A stretch of 27,967 bases of DNA from an uncultured archaeon (lineage in GTDB: Archaea; Altiarchaeota; Altiarchaeia; IMC4; SCGC-AAA252-I15). A program made the translations under genes and the position numbers. Location of the stretch: positions 1-27,967 of the forward strand of contig CABMCB010000063.1 of assembly GCA_902384455.1 (NCBI GenBank), read 5' to 3'. How positions within the stretch are numbered: position 1 is the stretch's first letter; every line of letters starts with the position of its first letter. Positions 10,505-18,234 of the stretch are shown here, one piece after another. The notes under the pieces are model-generated. The model saw only the letters and a list, made by a program, of their open reading frames with translations, did not search any database and was not told the origin of the DNA.

Positions 10505-11415
10505 GAGCCCTAATAACCGGCTCGGAAGGATTCGTCGGCCCCTACCTCTCAGAACTTCTTTTGAAAAACAACTTTGAAGTCTACGGAACATACCTTACGA
10601 CCCCAACAACCATCGTAGACATACATCAAATACAAACGGACATAACCCAAAAAGAAGACGCAAAAAACGCAGTCAAAGAATCCAAACCCGACTTCGTATT
10701 CCACCTTGCCGGATTCAGTTCAGTCGGAGAGAGCTGGAAAAAACCAGAACTATGCCGCCAAATAAACGTGGAAGGAACAAGAAACCTACTTGACGCAATC
10801 AAAGAATCAAACACAAACCCGCGCATACTAATCATATCCTCATCCGAAGTATACGGCATACCCAAAGAAAACCCCATACCCGAAACACACACCCTAAACC
10901 CCATAAGCCCCTACGCAAAATCTCGAGTAGAACAAGAGCAACTAGCAACAAAATACGATCTTGACCTAGTAATATCCCGCAGCTTCAACCACACCGGCCC
11001 ACGCCAACCCAAAGGGTTCGTAGTCCCAGACATAGCAAGCCAAATAGCCTCAATAGAATCAGGAAAAACACCACCAACAATCGAAGTGGGAAACACCGAC
11101 GCAATAAGAGACTTCACCGACGTACGCGACATAGTAAAAGCCTACCTAACAGCACTACAAAAAGCGCCCAAAGGCACATACAACATAGCCTCCGGAAAAG
11201 GAACCCAAATCAAAACAATAATAGAAACCCTTATATCCTTCTCAAACACAAACATAAACCTCCACAAAAACCCCGAAAAAACACGGCCACTAGACACCCC
11301 AATCCGCATAGGAGACCCCACAAAAATCCAACAAACAACCAACTGGAAACCCACAACACCACTCAAAAAAACACTAAAAGACACACTCAAATACTGGAGA
11401 CAAAAACAGCAATGA
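10501..11415 (+). CDS. rmd: GDP-4-keto-6-deoxy-sugar reductase (Rmd-like)
   Basis: [29 protein letters not shown]....QIA, VGN....[12 protein letters not shown], and position directly after gmd. The catalytic motif reads YAKSR. Confidence 0.75.
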   Translation: MRALITGSEGFVGPYLSELLLKNNFEVYGTYLTTPTTIVDIHQIQTDITQKEDAKNAVKESKPDFVFHLAGFSSVGESWKKPELCRQINVEGTRNLLDAIKESNTNPRILIISSSEVYGIPKENPIPETHTLNPISPYAKSRVEQEQLATKYDLDLVISRSFNHTGPRQPKGFVVPDIASQIASIESGKTPPTIEVGNTDAIRDFTDVRDIVKAYLTALQKAPKGTYNIASGKGTQIKTIIETLISFSNTNINLHKNPEKTRPLDTPIRIGDPTKIQQTTNWKPTTPLKKTLKDTLKYWRQKQQ

Positions 11416-12356
11416 CAATCCTAGTAACCGGAGCAGCCGGATTCATAGGAAGCCACACAACAGAAAAACTGCTAAATGTGGGCCATGAAATTGTGGGAAT
11501 AGACGACCTAAACGACTACTACGACCCAAAACAAAAACAAGAAAACCTGAACATACTCTCAAAAAACAAGAAATTCACTTTCATAAAAGCAGACATAAGA
11601 GACGCCAAAACAACAGAAGAAACATTCAAAAAACACAAGCCAACCGCAGTAATACACCTTGCCGCCCGCGCAGGAGTACGCCCAAGTTTACTAGACCCCG
11701 CACTATACATGGACGTGAACGTCAAAGGAACAGTCCACCTCCTGGAAGCAGCCCGAAAAAACGACGTAAAAACATTCATATTCGGAAGCAGCAGCAGCGT
11801 CTACGGAGCAAACACAAAAACCCCATTCAGCGAAAAAGACCCAGTAGAACAGCCTATTTCACCATACGCCGCAACCAAACGCGCAGGAGAACTACTTACC
11901 AAAACATACCACAACCTATACAACCTAAACACAACAAGCCTACGTTTCTTCACCGTATACGGACCAAGAGGACGGCCGGACATGGCAGTATATACGTTCA
12001 CAAAAAACCTTCTTGAAAAAAAACCAATCACCGTGTACGGCGACGGAACGTCAAGCCGCGACTACACCTACGTTTCGGACGTAGTCGACGGGATAATCTC
12101 GGCTTTAAATAAAAGCTATCCCGACGAGATATTCAACCTGGGGGAATCCCAGACTGTAACGCTAAACAAGCTGATTCAGACTATAGAAAAAGAGACAAAC
12201 AAAAAGGCAATAATAGAAAGAAAGCCGCTTCAGCCCGGCGACGTAACAACAACCTACGCAGACTTAACTCACAGCAAACAAAAACTAGGCTATAACCCCC
12301 AAGTGAAAATAGAGGAAGGAATACATAAATTCGTGCAATGGTACAACACAAAATGA
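11412..12356 (+). CDS. UDP-glucuronate 4-epimerase-like SDR
   Basis: GAAGFIGSH, LNDYYD, HLAARAGVRPS, SSSSVYG, YAATK, LRFFTVYGPRGRPDMA and QPGDV..TYAD. Confidence 0.85.
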   Translation: MTILVTGAAGFIGSHTTEKLLNVGHEIVGIDDLNDYYDPKQKQENLNILSKNKKFTFIKADIRDAKTTEETFKKHKPTAVIHLAARAGVRPSLLDPALYMDVNVKGTVHLLEAARKNDVKTFIFGSSSSVYGANTKTPFSEKDPVEQPISPYAATKRAGELLTKTYHNLYNLNTTSLRFFTVYGPRGRPDMAVYTFTKNLLEKKPITVYGDGTSSRDYTYVSDVVDGIISALNKSYPDEIFNLGESQTVTLNKLIQTIEKETNKKAIIERKPLQPGDVTTTYADLTHSKQKLGYNPQVKIEEGIHKFVQWYNTK

Positions 12357-13282
12357 AAAAACTCTCCATCATAATACCGGTCTACAACGAAGAACAAAAC
12401 ATCCCCCTACTGCATGCGCGAATAAAACAAGCATTAGACACCCTAAACAAACCCCATGAAGTAATTTATGTTGACGACGGAAGCAAAGACGGAACATACA
12501 ACGAACTTATGAAACTGTTCGGAGTGAAAATAATCAAATTCCGCAAAAACTTCGGGCAAACAGCCGCATTAAATGCAGGAATCACTCACTCTGCAGGAGA
12601 CGTAATAGTCACATTAGACGGCGACCTGCAAAACGACCCAGCCGACATACCTAAACTCATAGCCAAACTCGAAGAAGGATACGACGTAGTTTCCGGATGG
12701 AGGAAACACCGTAAAGACCCCCTTCAAAAACGAATATTTAGCAAATTCGCCAACCGCATCCGCAACCTACTGATTAAAGAACAAGTCCACGACAGCGGAT
12801 GCAGCCTCAAAGCCTACAGAAAAGAATGCTTTGACGACATAGACCTATACGGTGAAATGCACCGCTACATACCAAGTTTACTCGCATGGAAAGGATTCAA
12901 AATAGGAGAAGTAGAAGTCACACACCACCCCCGAATCAAAGGGAAAACAAAATACGGACTCTACCGCCTACCTAAAGGATTCCTAGACCTGATCAACATA
13001 TGGTTCTGGAGAAAATACAGCACACGCCCACTACACATATTCGGAGGCCTCGGAATCATCTCAATACTCATGGGAACCGCACTCGGAATGTACCTGTTAT
13101 TCGTAAAAACAGTTTTCCATGAATCCCTCACAAGCAAAATCACGCCGCTAATAGCCGTACTACTCGTAATTGTAGGAGTCCAATTCTTCATTTCCGGACT
13201 TTTGGCAGACATTTCCGCCAAAAACTACTACCTTCACGAACAAAAAAATCCCTACTCAATCAAAGAAATAATAGAAAAGTGA
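12353..13282 (+). CDS. GT2 glycosyltransferase, polyprenol-phosphate sugar synthase type (ArnC/DPM1-like) with two C-terminal TM helices
   Basis: IIIPVYNEE, VDDGSKDGT, NFGQTAA, DGDLQNDP, DSGCSLKAYR, HRYIP and two hydrophobic C-terminal segments. The start at 12353 follows from the ATGA overlap. Confidence 0.9.
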   Translation: MKKLSIIIPVYNEEQNIPLLHARIKQALDTLNKPHEVIYVDDGSKDGTYNELMKLFGVKIIKFRKNFGQTAALNAGITHSAGDVIVTLDGDLQNDPADIPKLIAKLEEGYDVVSGWRKHRKDPLQKRIFSKFANRIRNLLIKEQVHDSGCSLKAYRKECFDDIDLYGEMHRYIPSLLAWKGFKIGEVEVTHHPRIKGKTKYGLYRLPKGFLDLINIWFWRKYSTRPLHIFGGLGIISILMGTALGMYLLFVKTVFHESLTSKITPLIAVLLVIVGVQFFISGLLADISAKNYYLHEQKNPYSIKEIIEK

Positions 13283-14403
13283 ACGTATTATTCTTAAATT
13301 ACGAGTATCCCCCGATTGGCGGCGGAGCGGGAAACGCCACTAAATACCTGCTTAACGAATATTCGAAAATAAAAGAGTTACGCGTCGATTTAATCACGTC
13401 TGCGTTAGGCGACAGAATCGAGGAAGAAAAAATCTCCGAAAATATATCACTTATTCAGTTGCCTATACGCAAGAAAGACATCCATTTTTGGACTCAACGC
13501 GAAACAATTTCCTACGCTTTAGCCGCCCAGAAATACATAAAAAAATCAGGCGTAAAATACGAAGTCTGCCATGCATTTTCAGGGGTTCCTTGCGGATTCA
13601 TAGCTCAGGAGCAAAGGAAAAAGCAGCCGTACATAGTTTCTCTGCGCGGAAGCGACGTACCCGGATTCAACAACAGATTCGCACTTCAATACGTTTTTTT
13701 GAAGCCCCTAATACGTAGAATGTGGAAGCACGCGTCAGCAGTCGTCGCAAATAGCGAGGGGCTTAAGGAACTTGCTCTTAAAACGAATCCGAACCAGAAA
13801 ATAGACGTAATCCCCAACGGCATAGACACGGCAGAATTCAAGCCCGGCAAAAAGAAGAACGATACATTCCGAATAATTACAGTTTCCCGCCTGATAGAAC
13901 GCAAAGGAATACACCACTTAATTGATGCGGCACCCAAAGTCCTAAAAGAAAACCCTGATACCGAGTTCGTAATAATCGGCGAAGGCGACCTCGAACAAAA
14001 CCTAAAGGAGCAAGTAAAAATGCTCGGAATAGAAAAAAACATTAAATTTATGGGATACATGCCCCACGAAAAATTACCTGAAATATACGCAAACTCAAGT
14101 GTTTTCGTACTCCCCAGCCAAAACGAAGGAATGAGCAACACAATAATGGAGGCGATGGCCGCAGGGCTTCCGGTAATAACGACCGAAACCGGAGGCAGCA
14201 AAGAATTAATTAAAGACGGAATAAACGGGAAAATAATCAAACAAAACAATTCACAAGAAATAGCCGATGCAATAATCTCTTACGCGCAAGACAAAAACAA
14301 AATAATGTCGCACGGACACAGTTCACGGGAAAAAGCCCTAAACATGAGCTGGGAAAATGTGGCAAAAAATTACGCGGAAAAATACGCGGAAATAATCAGA
14401 TGA
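13279..14403 (+). CDS. GT4 glycosyltransferase
   Basis: YEYPPIGGG, VIPNGID, SRL..RKG and PS..EG.S....EAMAAGLPV (EX7E motif). Confidence 0.92.
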   Translation: MNVLFLNYEYPPIGGGAGNATKYLLNEYSKIKELRVDLITSALGDRIEEEKISENISLIQLPIRKKDIHFWTQRETISYALAAQKYIKKSGVKYEVCHAFSGVPCGFIAQEQRKKQPYIVSLRGSDVPGFNNRFALQYVFLKPLIRRMWKHASAVVANSEGLKELALKTNPNQKIDVIPNGIDTAEFKPGKKKNDTFRIITVSRLIERKGIHHLIDAAPKVLKENPDTEFVIIGEGDLEQNLKEQVKMLGIEKNIKFMGYMPHEKLPEIYANSSVFVLPSQNEGMSNTIMEAMAAGLPVITTETGGSKELIKDGINGKIIKQNNSQEIADAIISYAQDKNKIMSHGHSSREKALNMSWENVAKNYAEKYAEIIR

Positions 14404-15755
14404 ACTGGAGAAAACCCGTACTTCTGGGATTAATGCAGGCGAACGGCATGAATGTGAAAGGTAACCTTGAGTTCATCCATAAACTTGAAAAACAAACCCC
14501 CGAGGAAATACAGAAATTCCAGCAAGAACAACTTAAAAAAATACTGCAACACGCCGCAGAAAAAGTACCATATTACTCTAAAATATTAACTAAATCAGAA
14601 GTTTATGCGGACGGAAAAATCAACCTAAAAAATTTCCAAAAAATCCCCCCCTTAAACAAGGAAATAATACGAACCCAAAAAACAAACCTCCACTCAACAG
14701 ACAAAGACGCACGCCAATGGTACAAAAATAGCTCTGGTGGCTCAACAGGAGAACCCGTAGAATTAATACAAGACCGTAACTACAAAGCGTGGAGCTTTGC
14801 AGGCAAAATGTACTTCAATCTTCTCGCAGGAAAAGACGTTGGAGAAAGAGAAGTTCGGATATGGGGATCAGAACGAGACATTATATCCGGCAGTCAAACA
14901 AAAAGAGCGCGCTTTGAAAACTGGCTGTACAATCGGACAATTCTAAACAGCTTTAAAATGACGCCTCAAAAAATGGTGAATTACGCAGAAATAATTAATT
15001 CAGAAAAGCCCTTATTGATAGAATCTTACGTGCAACCAATGTATCAGTTCGCGATTTTTCTGCAAGAAAATAATCTACAAATTCGTTCTCCTAAAGGAAT
15101 AATAACTTCCGCAGGAACATTAACGCCTTCAATGAAGCAGGAAATAAAGAAAACATTCAAATGCAGTGTACACAATAAATACGGGAGCAGGGAAGTAGGT
15201 GACATGGCATGCTCCTGCGAAAAAGACGAAGGATTACATTTAAATCCGGCAACACACGTCATAGAAATATTAGACGATAAAATGCAACCTGTAAAGTCCG
15301 GAGAAATAGGCTCAGTCTACGTCACCACCCTACAGAATTATTCGATGCCTTTAATCCGATATAAAATAGGCGACTTAGCAGTTTCAGCCAGGAAAACAAT
15401 ATGTTCTTGCGGAAGAAACCTACCGTTGATTCAACACGTTGAAGGCAGGGAAATGAGCGTCTTCAAGAAAAAAGACGGAACAATAATTCCAGCGGAATTC
15501 TTCATCCACTTCATAGGCGTAGTACACAACAAAGGTTTCATAGAAAAATTCCAGGTAATACAAGAAGACTACGAAGCAATAACAATAAAGGCAGTAATAA
15601 AAAACAAAAAAGAATTCGAGAAAAACAAAGACGCAATAGAAAAATCCATTAGAAAAACAATGGGCGAAAAATGCGAAATAAAATGGGAACAAGTCAACGA
15701 AATACCCCCACTCAAAAGCGGAAAATACCTATACACGATAAGTAAAATAAAATAA
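14400..15755 (+). CDS. Phenylacetate-CoA ligase family / CapK-like adenylate-forming enzyme
   Basis: VPYY, SSGGSTGEP (P-loop-like), YGSREVG, YSMPLIRYKIGD, C.CGR, EGR and SGK. Confidence 0.88.
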   Translation: MNWRKPVLLGLMQANGMNVKGNLEFIHKLEKQTPEEIQKFQQEQLKKILQHAAEKVPYYSKILTKSEVYADGKINLKNFQKIPPLNKEIIRTQKTNLHSTDKDARQWYKNSSGGSTGEPVELIQDRNYKAWSFAGKMYFNLLAGKDVGEREVRIWGSERDIISGSQTKRARFENWLYNRTILNSFKMTPQKMVNYAEIINSEKPLLIESYVQPMYQFAIFLQENNLQIRSPKGIITSAGTLTPSMKQEIKKTFKCSVHNKYGSREVGDMACSCEKDEGLHLNPATHVIEILDDKMQPVKSGEIGSVYVTTLQNYSMPLIRYKIGDLAVSARKTICSCGRNLPLIQHVEGREMSVFKKKDGTIIPAEFFIHFIGVVHNKGFIEKFQVIQEDYEAITIKAVIKNKKEFEKNKDAIEKSIRKTMGEKCEIKWEQVNEIPPLKSGKYLYTISKIK

Positions 15756-15758
15756 TTA

Positions 15759-16664
15759 ATGAAAAATTCAGTTACCTTCGCAATTGTTGGAGATTGTGCA
15801 GGATGGAATCTGCCCGAAAAAATAGATCCGTTATCTAATGTACGGGAGACACTCCAAACAGCAGATGTTTTTTTATTCAATCTTGAAGGGCCAGTAATAC
15901 ACCCTCTTAACAAAATCAAGATAACCGGATTCCCGACCCTCAAAATAATGCGTTATGCACTAAAAAAACTGGGTAAACTCCAACCTCCCGTATACAGTAT
16001 TCCTGATTTTCTATCCTACATGAAACCATGTAGTATCAACATTGCGTTATTAGCCAATAATCATATTTTAGATGCCGGAGAGAACGGATTATCAGAAACT
16101 ATTAAACACCTAAAAGATAACAAAATACTATATACTGGTGCCGGAGAAAACGAAATAATTGCTCGTCAACCAATAATAATTACCTCAAATGGTTTAACTA
16201 TCGGAATAATTAATCTTAATCTTATTGGGTGGACAATCTTCGGAAAATACTTTAATATCTTTGGCGCAAAAAAAAGAAAACCCGGATCAAGTTTTTATAC
16301 GCCAAATGAACTTGAAAAAGAAATTAAAATTTTAGATGGAAAAGTAGATTCAATTATTGTTTCAATCCATATGGGAAAAGCATTCAAAAAAGAAATTCCA
16401 AAAAAACATATGGAATACTTTTCGATACTTTACTCAAATAAAATAGATCTAATCGTTGGACATCATAGTCATGTATTCGGCGAATTGGTCCATATTAATG
16501 GAAGAAACGTAATAACTTCATTGGGTGATTTTATTTTCAACCACGGATCAAAACACCCCCAACCAGAAACAAAAGTAGCATTCCTAACGCTTGAAAAAAA
16601 CAAAACGCCAATACTAACATTGAAAAGTGGAACATTAGAAAACGGAATACCCCTCTTAAAATAA
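15759..16664 (+). CDS. CapA/PGA_cap family metallophosphoesterase
   Basis: GD, NLEGP, ANNHILD.G, H.G, GHHSHV and SLGDFIF. No N-terminal signal or TM segment is visible. Confidence 0.82.
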   Translation: MKNSVTFAIVGDCAGWNLPEKIDPLSNVRETLQTADVFLFNLEGPVIHPLNKIKITGFPTLKIMRYALKKLGKLQPPVYSIPDFLSYMKPCSINIALLANNHILDAGENGLSETIKHLKDNKILYTGAGENEIIARQPIIITSNGLTIGIINLNLIGWTIFGKYFNIFGAKKRKPGSSFYTPNELEKEIKILDGKVDSIIVSIHMGKAFKKEIPKKHMEYFSILYSNKIDLIVGHHSHVFGELVHINGRNVITSLGDFIFNHGSKHPQPETKVAFLTLEKNKTPILTLKSGTLENGIPLLK

Positions 16665-16693
16665 AATTACTATAACAATATCCAAATTACCTT

Positions 16694-17290
16694 ATGAATA
16701 AAGAAACATCAACTTTCCTGCTTCAGCGGTTCAGACCTAAATTACTTTCATCCATCTACCTTAGTGCAAAATATAACTGCGTAGTTGATCCATCAGCAAC
16801 AATCTTCTTTCCCTCTAAAGTAAAACTTGGAAAATCCACAGTTATACGAAAAGCAACATTAATTGCTAAGACCTCTAAATCTAAAGGAATAGTAATCGGA
16901 GAAAATTCACTTATTGATGATTATGTCATATTACATTCACGCGGCGATTCGATTACCTTGGGTGACCATGTCCACATTAACCCTTTTTGTGTAATTGACG
17001 GTCACGGAAATGTTAAAATAGGTAACAATGTTGGGTTAGCATCTCATGTCCGACTTGTAACTAACCACGTAATACCCCCGTCAAACGAACTAATACGAAA
17101 TCAACCCATCACTAAAAAGGGCATAAAAATTGGGGATGATGTATGGGTAGGTACTGGAGTCACAATAGTAGATGGTGTTTCCATCGGTGATGGATGCATA
17201 ATCGGTGCTGGTTCAGTTGTTCTAAATGATACGCCCGCCTACACAATCTCTGCAGGAGTTCCTAGCAAAATTATCCGTAAACGACAATGA
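16694..17290 (+). CDS. Hexapeptide-repeat (LbH) O-acyltransferase
   Basis: Repeated I-G-x-N/D hexapeptides and IGDDVWVG.GV.I.DGVSIGDGCIIGAGSVV...GVP. Confidence 0.9.
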   Translation: MNKETSTFLLQRFRPKLLSSIYLSAKYNCVVDPSATIFFPSKVKLGKSTVIRKATLIAKTSKSKGIVIGENSLIDDYVILHSRGDSITLGDHVHINPFCVIDGHGNVKIGNNVGLASHVRLVTNHVIPPSNELIRNQPITKKGIKIGDDVWVGTGVTIVDGVSIGDGCIIGAGSVVLNDTPAYTISAGVPSKIIRKRQ

Positions 17291-18231
17291 AAAAAATTAA
17301 TTCGACACAATTAATAAAACTTTTTATCACGCTATTTTTGATATATCTAATATCCCTACACGTTCAGCCCTCAGAAGTTTATAATAAAATAAAAAGTATA
17401 GACCTGCGGATAATCTTCCTAGTTCTCTTAATTACCCTATTCAAAACAGTCTTAAGTGCCTATCGATGGAAAGAAATATTAAATTCATTAAATATCCCCC
17501 TTCCCGAGTTAGTAATGATAAAATTATACTTTATCGGCTCTTTCTTCAACCTATTCCTCCCTTCAAACGTAGGTGGTGATGTCATAAAAGCGTACAAATT
17601 GAATAAAATAGGCAATCACGGACATCTATCCTATTTCTCTGTGGTAGCAGAACGGATATCCGGTTTAATCCCACTTTTTATATTGGCTATTATAGGTTCA
17701 ATCTTATCACGCGATAAACAAATTTTTCTTTTTTTCTACCCTGCTATACTCGGCTTTATATCTTTCATAACCGCCACAATGTTAATTTCAAATACAAAAT
17801 TTATTGACTTTTTAACAAAATTAACAAGAAAAATTCCCCTACTCCCAAATACAAAAATACTAATTAAAATAAATAAAGCGACGATCATGCTTCTAAAAAA
17901 TAAAAAGAGTCTTATTAAAATTTTGGCTATTTCCTTCATAGTTCAATTATCCGTCGCAATAAACAGTTATCTTATAGCAAATTCAATGGGATTGAACGTA
18001 AATCTTCAATCAATGCTTGTAATAACCCCCATAATAATTCTCATGACTACAATACCAATATCCTTAAACGGTTTTGGAATTAGAGAAGGATCATATATAT
18101 ACCTTTTTTCATTTATAGGAATTTCGGCAAACGATTCACTAGCGATATCTCTAACAGTACTAACCGTAGTATATGCTGTAGGTGCAATTGGCGGAATATT
18201 CTACCTACAAGAGAAAAACACGGTTATCTAA
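17287..18231 (+). CDS. Lysylphosphatidylglycerol-synthase TM (UPF0104) family flippase-like membrane protein
   Basis: RW..IL, FFNLFLPSNVGGD..K, ER..G and PIS.NG.G.RE motifs with multiple TM segments. Confidence 0.88.
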   Translation: MKKINSTQLIKLFITLFLIYLISLHVQPSEVYNKIKSIDLRIIFLVLLITLFKTVLSAYRWKEILNSLNIPLPELVMIKLYFIGSFFNLFLPSNVGGDVIKAYKLNKIGNHGHLSYFSVVAERISGLIPLFILAIIGSILSRDKQIFLFFYPAILGFISFITATMLISNTKFIDFLTKLTRKIPLLPNTKILIKINKATIMLLKNKKSLIKILAISFIVQLSVAINSYLIANSMGLNVNLQSMLVITPIIILMTTIPISLNGFGIREGSYIYLFSFIGISANDSLAISLTVLTVVYAVGAIGGIFYLQEKNTVI

Positions 18232-18234
18232 ATT

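Noticed and set aside
15759-16664. Poly-gamma-glutamate capsule synthesis
   Set aside because: No capB/capC in the window and no membrane anchor on the CapA-like protein.
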